This document shows, one piece after another, positions 18,507-28,216 of a stretch of 32,000 nucleotides of DNA. The stretch covers positions 180,001-212,000 of the forward strand of contig NZ_BCZP01000005.1 of NCBI RefSeq assembly GCF_001598795.1, in the 5' to 3' direction. This DNA comes from Delftia acidovorans NBRC 14950. GTDB lineage: Bacteria; Pseudomonadota; Gammaproteobacteria; Burkholderiales; Burkholderiaceae_C. The position numbers were made by a program, and so were the translations under genes. The notes beneath the pieces were generated by a model that saw nothing but the letters and a program-made list of their open reading frames with translations, was not told where the DNA came from and searched no databases. Within the stretch, counting starts at the first letter, position 1. Each line of letters opens with the position of its first letter.

Positions 18507-18781
18507 GCCTGGCTCCGGCCTGCGTGGCGCAGTCGGGTGGTGGAGTCCGGCGCCTGTGCCGACTGTGCCGGCTGGGCTGGCCGCACCGTGGCCTGCAGCA
18601 CCTGCATCTGCTCCAGCTCGCGGGCGATCTGCTCGTCGGTGATCACGGGGCGGCGGCGCACCGGCAGCATGCGCACCACTTCCTTGCCGTGGCGGGTGAT
18701 GCGCACTTCCTCGCCCTGCTCGACAAGTTCGATCAGGGCGGAGAAACGGGTCTTGGCTTCGTAGATACCGACAGATTGCAT
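18503..18781 (-). CDS. vapB: type II antitoxin, Phd/YefM fold, partner of VapC
   Basis: 92 aa. MQSVGIYEAKTRFSALIELVEQGEEVRITRHGKEV is a typical Phd/YefM N-terminal DNA-binding domain, followed by a C-terminal Q/A/P-rich tail. Confidence 0.8.
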   Translation of the reverse strand: MQSVGIYEAKTRFSALIELVEQGEEVRITRHGKEVVRMLPVRRRPVITDEQIARELEQMQVLQATVRPAQPAQSAQAPDSTTRLRHAGRSQA

Positions 18782-18790
18782 GGCGGGGCT

Positions 18791-18821
18791 GAAAACAAAA
18801 ACAGGCCTGGTGTCCGGCCTG
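18791..18821 (-). terminator. terminator-like hairpin plus T-tract immediately upstream of the vapB start
   Basis: The minus strand reads CAGGCC-GGACACCA-GGCCTG followed by TTTTTGTTTTC, ending 9 nt before the vapB ATG. It could terminate the upstream LysR gene and/or act within the vapB leader. Confidence 0.35.
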
Positions 18822-18827
18822 GCCCGA

Positions 18828-18856
18828 ATTCTAGCATTCTGGCCAGAATTTCTAAA
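18828..18856 (-). promoter_or_regulatory. putative sigma70 promoter of vapBC with a palindromic operator in the spacer
   Basis: On the minus strand, -35 TTTAGA (18851-18856), a 17-nt spacer and -10 TAGAAT (18828-18833). The spacer holds the perfect 14-bp palindrome ATTCTGGCCAGAAT (18836-18849), with a further TTCTGG half-site upstream. Confidence 0.4.
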
Positions 18857-18921
18857 AATTCAGACCAGAACCTTGCGGATATTAGAGGGCCTTGCCTCGG
18901 AGGGCTATCGGTGAACGCCAC

Positions 18922-19851
18922 TCAGCGCTGTTCGCGCACGAAGCCGACAAACCGCGCCAGCGCGGGCGACATGGCTCCGGCAGGCCAGGCCAGGCTGGTC
19001 TCGCAGACCGGCAGGGCAACGGGTTTGCTGCCTGCACGGGCGCTGGCGAAAACCGCCTCGCGGTAGACCACGCCGGGCCTGCAGAACTGCATCACGCTGG
19101 CGGGCACCCAGGCCAGGCCGATGCCGCCCCAGACCAGGTTCACGATGGTCTGCATCTGTATCGCCTGCTGCGCGATGCGCGGCACATGTCCGTGCCGTCG
19201 GTACAGATCCGTCACCGCGTCATGGAGCGAGGGCATGATGCGGCGCGGAAAGATCACCAGCGGCTGCTCCAGCACTTCGTCGAGCATCAGCCGGTCCGCG
19301 CCGGCAAGCGCATGCTGCTGAGGCAGGGCCAGCACCATGGCTTCCCGTCCCACGGCCAGGCGCTCCAGGCCGGCCGGCGCATGCCCGGGGGCATGCAGCA
19401 TGAGCCCGGCATCGATCTGTCCGCGCTCGAAGGCTTCCATCTGCACATCGCTGGTGGCCTCGACCAGCTCCAGCGCCACACCGGGCGTGCCTGCAACGAA
19501 GTCCCGCACCCACAGCGGCAGCCGGGTGAAGCCGATGGTGGAGACAAAGGCCAGCCGCACGCGCCCCACTTCCCCCGCTGCCGCAGCCCGCGCAATCCCC
19601 GGCAGCGCTGCCGCCCGCGCCAGAAGCTCACGCACCTGCGGCACAAGCGCCTCGCCGGCCGGCGTCAGCGCGACGTGGCGGCTCGAGCGCTCGAACAGCG
19701 CCACGTCCAGGCTGCGCTCCAGCTGGGCGATGGCCTGTGTGAGCGGCGGCTGCGTCATGTGCAGGCGCGACGCGGCGCGGCCGAAGTGCAGCTCGTCCGC
19801 CACGGCCAGGAATTGCCGCCAGACGCGCAGATCAATGAGGAGCTCATTCAT
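18922..19851 (-). CDS. LysR-family transcriptional regulator (divergent from ilvD)
   Basis: w[41 protein letters not shown]. The track start at 19857 is GTG, so the ATG at 19851 (MNELLIDL) was chosen. Confidence 0.8.
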   Translation of the reverse strand: MNELLIDLRVWRQFLAVADELHFGRAASRLHMTQPPLTQAIAQLERSLDVALFERSSRHVALTPAGEALVPQVRELLARAAALPGIARAAAAGEVGRVRLAFVSTIGFTRLPLWVRDFVAGTPGVALELVEATSDVQMEAFERGQIDAGLMLHAPGHAPAGLERLAVGREAMVLALPQQHALAGADRLMLDEVLEQPLVIFPRRIMPSLHDAVTDLYRRHGHVPRIAQQAIQMQTIVNLVWGGIGLAWVPASVMQFCRPGVVYREAVFASARAGSKPVALPVCETSLAWPAGAMSPALARFVGFVREQR

Positions 19852-19864
19852 ATGCACAGCATAT
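19850..19864. promoter_or_regulatory. palindromic T-N11-A LysR-type box overlapping the LysR start codon
   Basis: ATATGCACAGCATAT, with perfect dyad ATATGC/GCATAT, in the 93-bp LysR-ilvD divergent region. Confidence 0.4.
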
Positions 19865-19944
19865 CAATCATGCCGATGAATAGGATTGGATCAGATGGAT
19901 CAGTCGGCCCATACTCATCCAACCCCCACAACGAGAGACATGCC

Positions 19945-21639
19945 ATGACCCCGCCGAACCTGATCAACCGCCGAAGCTCCCACATCACCGAAGGCAAGGC
20001 GCGCGCAGCCAACCGCTCCATGTTCTACGGCATGGGCTACAAGGAAGAGGATTTCAAGAAGCCCATGGTCGGCGTGGCCAACGGCCACAGCACGATCACG
20101 CCGTGCAACTCCGGCCTGCAAAGGCTGGCGGACGCGGCCATCGCAGGCATCGAGGAAGCCGGCGGCAACGCGCAGGTGTTCGGCACGCCGACCATCTCGG
20201 ACGGTATGTCCATGGGCACGGAAGGCATGAAGTACTCGCTGGTCAGCCGCGAGGTGATCGCCGACTGCATAGAGACCTGCGTGGGCGGCCAGTGGATGGA
20301 TGGCGTGCTGGTGGTCGGCGGCTGCGACAAGAACATGCCGGGCGGCATGATGGGCATGCTGCGCGCCAATGTGCCGGCCATCTATGTCTACGGCGGCACC
20401 ATCCTGCCCGGCAGGTGGAAAGGCCGGGACCTGAACATCGTCAGCGTGTTCGAGGCCGTTGGCGAAAACGCCGCCGGCAAGATCAGCGACCAGGAGCTCA
20501 AGGACATCGAGCAGCACGCCATCCCCGGCACGGGCTCGTGCGGCGGCATGTACACCGCCAACACCATGTCGAGCGCGTTCGAGGCGCTGGGCATGAGCCT
20601 GCCCTACTCCTCCACCATGGCCAATCCCCATGATGAAAAGGAAAACTCGGCCAAGGAATCCGCCAGGGTGCTGATCGAGGCCATCAAGATGGACCTCAAG
20701 CCGCGCGACATCGTGACGCGCAAGTCCATCGAGAACGCGGTCTCGGTGATCATGGCGACCGGGGGCTCCACCAATGCCGTGCTGCACTTTCTTGCGATCG
20801 CCCATGCGGCCGGCGTGCCCTGGTCCATCGACGACTTCGAGCGCATCCGCCAGCGGGTGCCGGTGCTGTGCGATCTCAAGCCCAGCGGCAGATACCTGGC
20901 GGTGGACCTGCACCAGGCGGGCGGCATCCCGCAGGTCATGAAGATTCTGCTGAATGCGGGCCTGCTGCACGGCGACTGCATCACCATCTCGGGCCAGACC
21001 ATCGCTGAGACCCTGGCCTGCGTGCCTGACGAACCGCCCAACCCGCAGGTCATCCGCCCCCTCTCGGAGGCGCTCTATCCGCAGGGCCACCTGGCCATTC
21101 TCAAGGGCAACCTGAGCCCGGAAGGTGCGGTGGCCAAGATCACGGGCCTGAAGAACCCGGTCATCACCGGCCCGGCACGCGTGTTCGACGATGAGCAATC
21201 GGCACTGGCGGCCATCCTCGACGGCAAGATACAGGCCGGCGACGTGATGGTGCTGCGCTACCTGGGCCCCAAGGGCGGCCCCGGCATGCCGGAAATGCTG
21301 GCACCCACGGGCGCCCTGATCGGCGCCGGCCTGGGCGAGAGCGTGGGCCTGATCACCGATGGCCGCTTCTCCGGCGGCACCTGGGGCATGGTGGTCGGCC
21401 ACGTGGCGCCGGAAGCGGCCGTGGGCGGCACCATCGCGCTGGTGCATGAGGGCGACTCGATCACCATCGACGCGCACGCATTGCAGCTGCAGCTGAACGT
21501 GCCCGAAGACGTGCTCGCCCAGCGCCGCGCGGCATGGAAGGCTCCCGCGCCCCGCTACACGCGGGGCGTGCAGGCCAAGTTCGCATTCAACGCATCGAGC
21601 GCCAGCTCGGGCGCGGTGCTGGACAACTTCGCCATCTGA
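19945..21639 (+). CDS. ilvD: dihydroxy-acid dehydratase
   Basis: 564 aa from [55 protein letters not shown], with CDKNMPG and [14 protein letters not shown] Fe-S cluster motifs. The upstream 351 aa of track ORF 18892..21639 are antisense to the LysR gene. Confidence 0.92.
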   Translation: MTPPNLINRRSSHITEGKARAANRSMFYGMGYKEEDFKKPMVGVANGHSTITPCNSGLQRLADAAIAGIEEAGGNAQVFGTPTISDGMSMGTEGMKYSLVSREVIADCIETCVGGQWMDGVLVVGGCDKNMPGGMMGMLRANVPAIYVYGGTILPGRWKGRDLNIVSVFEAVGENAAGKISDQELKDIEQHAIPGTGSCGGMYTANTMSSAFEALGMSLPYSSTMANPHDEKENSAKESARVLIEAIKMDLKPRDIVTRKSIENAVSVIMATGGSTNAVLHFLAIAHAAGVPWSIDDFERIRQRVPVLCDLKPSGRYLAVDLHQAGGIPQVMKILLNAGLLHGDCITISGQTIAETLACVPDEPPNPQVIRPLSEALYPQGHLAILKGNLSPEGAVAKITGLKNPVITGPARVFDDEQSALAAILDGKIQAGDVMVLRYLGPKGGPGMPEMLAPTGALIGAGLGESVGLITDGRFSGGTWGMVVGHVAPEAAVGGTIALVHEGDSITIDAHALQLQLNVPEDVLAQRRAAWKAPAPRYTRGVQAKFAFNASSASSGAVLDNFAI

Positions 21640-21664
21640 GCTTCGTGAGCGCACGAAAAAAAGA

Positions 21665-21689
21665 GGTCCGGGCAGTGGCTGCCCGGACC
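21665..21689. terminator. bidirectional rho-independent terminator between ilvD and guaB
   Basis: Perfect 11-bp stem GGTCCGGGCAG-TGG-CTGCCCGGACC, flanked by AAAAAAA upstream and CCTTTTCC downstream, between convergent genes. Confidence 0.65.
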
Positions 21690-21724
21690 CCTTTTCCATC
21701 TCGCGCCAAGGCGCTGGATCTGGA

Positions 21725-23239
<1,515 letters not shown>

Positions 23240-23336
23240 TCACAATGTATGCTGTAGGCCATTGTTCCCCGCTATCGCTGCCCGCCATCATTTCCTGCTA
23301 TTGCTACCTGCAACCGGCCCGATCACCCCAATCACC

Positions 23337-23891
23337 ATGCATGCCACCAAGCTTGTTTTGCTAGCCGCGCTTGCCGCCTGTTCGCTGTCCGCAGCCGCCC
23401 AATGGCAATGGGTCGACGCCACAGGCCGCAAGGTCTTCAGCGACCGCGCGCCACCCCCTGACATTCCGGCCAAGAACATCCTGCGCCAGCCTGGCGGCAG
23501 CGCGCCCGCTCCAGCAGCGGCGGCGCCATCCACTGCACCGGCGGCTACAGATACGGCCACGCAGCCCGCTGCAGATGCAACGGCACAGGCAGCGCCTGCC
23601 GCCGCCAAGGACGCCAAGCCCGCAGGCACCGACAAGGCCCTGGAAGAGCAAAAGCGCAAGGCCGAGGCCCAGGAGGCCGCCAAGGCCAAGGCAGAAAAGG
23701 AACGGCTTGCCAAGCAGCGCCAGGACAACTGCGCACGCGCCAAGCAGTCCAAGACCGCGCTGTCTTCGGGCCGCCTGCTGGGCTACACGAATGAGCAGGG
23801 CGAGCGCGGCTTCATGGACGACGCCACGCGCGATGCGGAACTCAAGCGCGCCGACGCCATCATCGCCTCCGATTGCGGCGCAGTGCGCTGA
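23337..23891 (+). CDS. DUF4124-type secreted protein
   Basis: The ATG at 23337 gives the signal peptide MHATKLVLLAALAACSLSAAAQ followed by WQWVDATGRKVFSDRAPP, a DUF4124-like N-terminus. An Ala/Pro-rich linker and a Lys/Glu-rich helical segment follow. The track start at 23262 adds 25 aa without signal-peptide logic. Confidence 0.7.
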   Translation: MHATKLVLLAALAACSLSAAAQWQWVDATGRKVFSDRAPPPDIPAKNILRQPGGSAPAPAAAAPSTAPAATDTATQPAADATAQAAPAAAKDAKPAGTDKALEEQKRKAEAQEAAKAKAEKERLAKQRQDNCARAKQSKTALSSGRLLGYTNEQGERGFMDDATRDAELKRADAIIASDCGAVR

Positions 23892-23935
23892 GTGCCGAAT
23901 CCGGCTCGGTCCCAACCCGGCCCGTGCGGGCCGGC

Positions 23936-24280
23936 TCAGTAGCCGGCCTTGGCTCCAGGCCTCTGGCGCTGGAACAGCCCCGTGGCCCGAGCGCCCTGGC
24001 GTGCGAAACGCTCGCGGCGCGCCACCTTGGGGTCCACGGTCAAGGGCCGGTACAGCTCCACGCGATCGCCGTCGCGCAAGCCTTGCGTCAATGGTGCGCT
24101 GCGGCCCCAAAGGCCAGCGGGCCCCTCCTGTGCAAAGCCCAGCGCCTGCCAGCCACCAGCGGCCTCGACTGCGTCGGCAATCGAGGCACCGGCCGGCAAT
24201 TGCAGGGCCAGTTCAACGACTTCACCGGCACGCGGGCTGCATGCCAGCGTGATGCACAGAAACAGCCTGGGTTCAGCCAT
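23936..24280 (-). CDS. rnfH: RnfH-family ubiquitin-like protein
   Basis: 114 aa from MAEPRLFLCITLA. The LRDGDRVELYRPLTVDPKVARRERF motif is characteristic of RnfH/YfjF. Overlaps the upstream ratA stop by 8 nt. Confidence 0.8.
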   Translation of the reverse strand: MAEPRLFLCITLACSPRAGEVVELALQLPAGASIADAVEAAGGWQALGFAQEGPAGLWGRSAPLTQGLRDGDRVELYRPLTVDPKVARRERFARQGARATGLFQRQRPGAKAGY

Positions 24281-24725
24281 AGACCTGCTCGGCGCGCTTG
24301 ACGAAGGCATCGACCATGGAGCCCGCGATGCGGTCGAACACCGGGCCGACCACGGCGGCCAGCGCCATGTTGTCAAAGCCATAGTCCAGCTGCAGCTCCA
24401 CGCGGCAGGCACGCTGCGAGCCGTCGCCCACGGGGCGGAACATCCAGTTGCCCTCCAGCCGCGAGAACGGCCCCTTGATCAGGCGGATGCTGACCTGGCG
24501 CCCGCCATCGTCGAGCACGCTGTGCGTGTTGCGCGTGACGAAGGACTTGCGCATGCCGCCGAATGCAATGCCCACCTCGGCCGTCATGCCCTGCTCGTCC
24601 TGCTCCAGCACCCTGGCCTGGTCGCACCAGGGGAGGAAGTCGGCATAGTGGGCCACGTCCGTCACCAGGGCAAACATTTCTTGGGGGCTGTACCAGATCA
24701 GGACGGACTTGTTGACTTTTTTCAT
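24273..24725 (-). CDS. ratA: SRPBCC-fold RatA/YfjG (COQ10-like) protein
   Basis: 150 aa from MKKVNKSVLIWYSPQEMFALVTDVAHYADFLPWC, in the conserved position divergent from smpB. The ATG at 24725 was chosen over the 168-aa track ORF. Confidence 0.8.
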   Translation of the reverse strand: MKKVNKSVLIWYSPQEMFALVTDVAHYADFLPWCDQARVLEQDEQGMTAEVGIAFGGMRKSFVTRNTHSVLDDGGRQVSIRLIKGPFSRLEGNWMFRPVGDGSQRACRVELQLDYGFDNMALAAVVGPVFDRIAGSMVDAFVKRAEQVYG

Positions 24726-24893
24726 GAATGGGGCGGGCTGCACGGCATGCAAAACACCGGCTGCGCGGTCATGGCGCATACGGCTGTCACAATGACGGCA
24801 AGGCGAAACTAAAATCCCGCACGGAGGCGAGACGGCAATCCAGTATTGTATGGAGAGCTTTCATCTCCAGGTTTTCGCCGCATCTATTACTCC

Positions 24894-25367
24894 ATGGCCA
24901 AGAAACCTGAAACACAGTCGCGCATCGCCGACAACAAAAAAGCCGCGTTCAACTACTTCTTCGAGGAACGCTTCGAGGCCGGCATCGTGCTGCACGGCTG
25001 GGAAGTGAAGGCGCTGCGCAGCGGCAAGGTGCAGCTGACCGACGGCTACGTCATCGTCAAGGACGGCGAGCTGTTCCTGCTCGGCTGCCAGATCAACCCG
25101 CTCAAGACCGCCTCCACCCACGTCAATCCCGACGCGGCGCGCATCAAGAAGCTGCTGCTCAAGAAGGACGACATCCTGCGCCTGATCGGCAAGGTCGAGC
25201 AAAAGGGCTTCACGCTGGTGCCCATCAACCTTCACTGGAAGAACGGCTTCGTCAAGTGCGACATCGCCCTTGCCAAGGGCAAGGCCGAGCACGACAAGCG
25301 CGACGTGATCAAGGACCGCGAAGGCAAGCGCGAGGTCGAGCGCGCCATGAAGAGCTTCAACCGTTGA
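24894..25367 (+). CDS. smpB: SsrA-binding protein
   Basis: 157 aa. [32 protein letters not shown] and the basic C-terminal tail. The ATG at 24894 gives the canonical N-terminus. Confidence 0.93.
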   Translation: MAKKPETQSRIADNKKAAFNYFFEERFEAGIVLHGWEVKALRSGKVQLTDGYVIVKDGELFLLGCQINPLKTASTHVNPDAARIKKLLLKKDDILRLIGKVEQKGFTLVPINLHWKNGFVKCDIALAKGKAEHDKRDVIKDREGKREVERAMKSFNR

Positions 25368-25476
25368 CGGGCATCCGCAGCTTTTTTTGCACTGCTGCGG
25401 AATAAACCGGCACGGCCCAGTGTTCATTGCAGTGTCCGGCCGCAATTTCGCGCGCCGGCAAGCACCGGAGACAGCG

Positions 25477-25893
25477 ATGAAGAAGCTCGGCATGAAACTT
25501 GGTACCTGTGCCTTCACGGCAGCCCTGACATTGACACTGGCAGGCTGCTATTCCGCGCCTGCGGCCAACGCCTCTGGCCAGACCCCGCCCAGCGCGGTCA
25601 GCGTGCAAAACGGCATGCTGGTCGGAGCCAACGGCATGACGCTCTACACCTTCGACAAGGACACGGCCGGCAGCGGCAAGTCCGTCTGCAACGGCCCCTG
25701 CGCGACCAACTGGCCGCCGCTGATGGGCAAGCAGGCGCCGTCCGGCGGCAACTACAGCGTGATCCAGCGCGACGATGGCAGCAGCCAGATCGCCTACAAG
25801 GGCAAGCCGCTGTACTACTGGGTGAAGGACGGCAAGGCCGGTGACACCACGGGCGACGGCGTCATGGGCGTCTGGCATACCGCACGCCCCTGA
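25477..25893 (+). CDS. lipoprotein with Yx(F/W)xxD repeats (COG4315 / Lipoprotein_15 type)
   Basis: The ATG at 25477 is preceded by GGAGA. Lipobox LTLAGC. Two repeats are present: GMTLYTFDKD...CNGPCATNWPP and GKPLYYWVKDGKAGDTTGDG. Confidence 0.7.
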   Translation: MKKLGMKLGTCAFTAALTLTLAGCYSAPAANASGQTPPSAVSVQNGMLVGANGMTLYTFDKDTAGSGKSVCNGPCATNWPPLMGKQAPSGGNYSVIQRDDGSSQIAYKGKPLYYWVKDGKAGDTTGDGVMGVWHTARP

Positions 25894-25923
25894 TTCCAGC
25901 CGCATCCGCCTTCGGACCTGCCC

Positions 25924-26499
25924 ATGGACCGCAGCCAGATCCTGGAGCACCTGCCCGGCCTGCGCCGCTATGCGCGGCTGCTGGCAGGCGATGCCTGGGC
26001 CGCCGACGACCTGGTGCAGGACACGCTGGAGCGTGCCTGCCGCAAATGGCTGCTGTGGCGCCCCGACGGCGATCTGCGCGCCTGGCTGTTCACGCTGATG
26101 CACAACCTCTACCTGAACCAGCGGCGCTCTGCCGCGCGCGGGCAGTGGCTGGACATAGACAGCCTGTCCGAGACCCTGGCGGCACCCGAGGACAGCAGCG
26201 ATGCGGCCCTGGACCTGGAGCGCTGCCTGCAGCGCCTGCCCGCCGAGCAGCGGGCCGTGCTGCTGCTGGTCAGCGTGGAGGACATGAGCTACGCCGACAC
26301 GGCGCGCGTGCTGCAGCTGCCCCTGGGCACCGTGATGTCGCGCCTGTCGCGCGCACGGTCCCGGCTGCGCGAATTGATGGAGGCCCCATCGGCCACCTCG
26401 GCCACCTCGGCCTCCTCTGCAGCGCCTGCACAGTCAGCACCGACTGCCAAGGCCGCAACACCCCAAGCCGCAGTCCCCGCGCTGCGCCGGCTCAAATGA
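25924..26499 (+). CDS. ECF-type RNA polymerase sigma-70 family factor
   Basis: 191 aa with region 2 (DDLVQDTLERACRKW...WLFTLMHNLYLNQRR) and region 4 (EQRAVLLLVSVEDMSYADTARVLQLPLGTVMSRLSRAR), plus an Ala/Ser/Thr/Pro-rich C-terminal tail of about 40 aa. Confidence 0.85.
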   Translation: MDRSQILEHLPGLRRYARLLAGDAWAADDLVQDTLERACRKWLLWRPDGDLRAWLFTLMHNLYLNQRRSAARGQWLDIDSLSETLAAPEDSSDAALDLERCLQRLPAEQRAVLLLVSVEDMSYADTARVLQLPLGTVMSRLSRARSRLRELMEAPSATSATSASSAAPAQSAPTAKAATPQAAVPALRRLK

Positions 26500-26509
26500 C
26501 GAGGCCGCC

Positions 26510-27349
26510 ATGACTGCATCCGCCCCCACCCCTCTTTCATCTTCCTCGCCCTTGACCCCGCCCATTTCCGACGAGCAGTTGCACGCCCTGGTCGATGGCC
26601 GCCTGCCCGCGCAGCAGGCGCAGGCGCTGCGCGACCAGCTGGACGAAGACAGTGCCGCGCGCGTGGAGCAATGGCAACGCCAGCGCCAGTTGCTGCGCGC
26701 CCTGCATGCCGCCCGGGATGAACCCGGCATGCCCGACGAAATGCGCGCCGCCGCCGAACAGTTGCAGGGCCTGCACCAGCGCCAGCAGCAGTGGTGGCAC
26801 TGGGGTGGCATGGCCGCGGGCTGGATGCTGGCCTTCGGCCTGGGCTGGCTGGTGCATGGGCAGCAGGCGGTGCCCGCCGCCGCGCCATCAACGGCGGCCA
26901 CGCTGGCTGCCGCCACCCCGGCCCGCTTCGCCCACCAGGCGGCCGTTGCCCACGCGGTCTACCAGCCCGAGCAACGCCACCCGGTCGAGGTGGAGGCCGC
27001 GCAGCAGGCCCATCTGCTGCAGTGGCTGTCCAAGCGCCTGGGCCGGCCGCTGAAGCTGCCGGCACTCACGGACCTGGGCTATGAGCTGGTGGGCGGCCGA
27101 TTGCTGCCCGGCGACAGCGGCGCACGCGCCCAGTTCATGTACCAGGACGCGGCCGGCGAGCGCATCACCCTGTACCTGGGTGCGCTGGAGGACCCGGCCA
27201 CGCGCGGCGAGACCGCCTTTCACTTCAGCAGCGACGGCCCCGTGCCCAGCTTCTACTGGGTGGACCAGGGCTTTGGCTATGCGCTCAGCGGCGCCCTGCC
27301 GCGCAACCGGCTGCTGCAGCTGGCCACGGCCGTGCACCAGCAGCTTTGA
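26510..27349 (+). CDS. single-pass transmembrane anti-sigma factor (non-zinc type)
   Basis: 279 aa, 10 nt after the sigma gene. N-terminal anti-sigma-like helices (ISDEQLHALVDGRLPAQQAQALRDQL), one TM segment (WGGMAAGWMLAFGLGWLV), and a periplasmic domain of about 165 aa. The protein contains no cysteine. Confidence 0.7.
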   Translation: MTASAPTPLSSSSPLTPPISDEQLHALVDGRLPAQQAQALRDQLDEDSAARVEQWQRQRQLLRALHAARDEPGMPDEMRAAAEQLQGLHQRQQQWWHWGGMAAGWMLAFGLGWLVHGQQAVPAAAPSTAATLAAATPARFAHQAAVAHAVYQPEQRHPVEVEAAQQAHLLQWLSKRLGRPLKLPALTDLGYELVGGRLLPGDSGARAQFMYQDAAGERITLYLGALEDPATRGETAFHFSSDGPVPSFYWVDQGFGYALSGALPRNRLLQLATAVHQQL

Positions 27350-27364
27350 AGCCTGGGGCCACGG

Positions 27365-28060
27365 CTACCAAGGCAGCGGCGCCGCCTCGCCGTTGCCATG
27401 CTCGCCGTAGTACAGCGAGGGCAGGAAGCGCGACAGATAGGTGAACTCCGTGTAGCAATGGCGCAGCAGGCCCAGGCCCAGCGCGTCAGGCAGCTCGGCC
27501 GCCGGGTCGGCGCAGGACTGGCCCAGCAAAAAGCGGCTGCGCAGCACGCAGCCAAAAGGCGTGTCACGCGCCAGGTGCACCATCTGCCCGTCCATGGGGT
27601 CCCCGCTGGCGTCCAGCTGCACATGCTCACCAAAACCGATGCGCGCATACACGGCGGCCGATGCGCGTTTTTCGGCAAAGGCCAGCTTCAGCTGCGCAGG
27701 GTCGAACAGCTCGCGCGGGTCGTGGAACTTGAGCCTGGCCGCCACGGGCGGAATATCGGCCAGGGACTCCACGGCCTCGATGGACGCGCCGATGTAGCTC
27801 TCGCCCTTCTTCCATTGCGCATCCCAGCCGCGATGCGCGATGTGGTCGTGCGGATGCCACCACTTGATGTGCTGCGTGGTCTCGAAGAACTTGAACCACC
27901 AGTCCAGCATGCGGCCGCTGCAGCCATGCAGGTCGGTGCGGCAGGCCACCACCAGGCAGCCGCTGGGCAGGCGCTGGATTCCCGTCTCCAGCCGCAGCGG
28001 CGTGATGTGCAGCAGGTCGTCGATGCGGGAAATGTCGGGCTCGAAGGCATGGGGGTTCAT
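27365..28060 (-). CDS. DAPG-hydrolase (PhlG)-like domain protein
   Basis: 231 aa. WWFKFFETTQHIKWWHPHDHIAHRGW and the overall size recall the 2,4-diacetylphloroglucinol hydrolase domain family. This is recollection-level and needs an HMM check. Confidence 0.5.
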   Translation of the reverse strand: MNPHAFEPDISRIDDLLHITPLRLETGIQRLPSGCLVVACRTDLHGCSGRMLDWWFKFFETTQHIKWWHPHDHIAHRGWDAQWKKGESYIGASIEAVESLADIPPVAARLKFHDPRELFDPAQLKLAFAEKRASAAVYARIGFGEHVQLDASGDPMDGQMVHLARDTPFGCVLRSRFLLGQSCADPAAELPDALGLGLLRHCYTEFTYLSRFLPSLYYGEHGNGEAAPLPW

Positions 28061-28109
28061 GGGTGTTTTCCGTTCCTGGGTTGATGAGGAAAAGCCATCT
28101 TATATTAAA

Positions 28110-28126
28110 GAAACGAACAACGTTTC
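28110..28126. promoter_or_regulatory. inverted repeat (candidate TetR operator) in an AT-rich divergent promoter region
   Basis: GAAACG-AACAA-CGTTTC, a perfect 6-bp dyad, within the visibly AT-rich 156-bp region between the hydrolase-like and TetR genes. Confidence 0.3.
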
Positions 28127-28216
28127 CAAACAATCGGATAATCCCTGCCGGGTAACAAAATGCTGCACAACAAGGCCCGACCCTGCACAACACCGAACGG
28201 AACGACAAGAAATCCA

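Noticed and set aside
18892-21639. A 915-aa ORF extending ilvD upstream.
   Set aside because: The upstream 351 aa are antisense to the LysR gene (18922-19851) and lack motifs. The canonical IlvD N-terminus starts at the ATG at 19945.
23917-23934. The hairpin CCGGCCC-GTGC-GGGCCGG between the DUF4124 gene and rnfH as a terminator.
   Set aside because: No U-tract on either strand, and it abuts the rnfH stop codon. This is too weak to call from sequence alone.
23936-24725. ratA-rnfH as a second toxin-antitoxin system.
   Set aside because: The pair was historically labelled ratAB. It is the widely conserved yfjG-yfjF unit found divergent from smpB in many proteobacteria. RnfH is not established as an antitoxin. 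This is core-genome synteny, not an accessory TA module.
24726-25476. A possible tmRNA (ssrA) gene adjacent to smpB.
   Set aside because: The flanking non-coding stretches are only about 168 nt and about 109 nt, too short for a tmRNA of about 350 nt. I saw no tRNA-like acceptor/T-arm ends. The hairpin CCGCAGC-N12-GCTGCGG (25375-25400) after smpB is at most a weak terminator.
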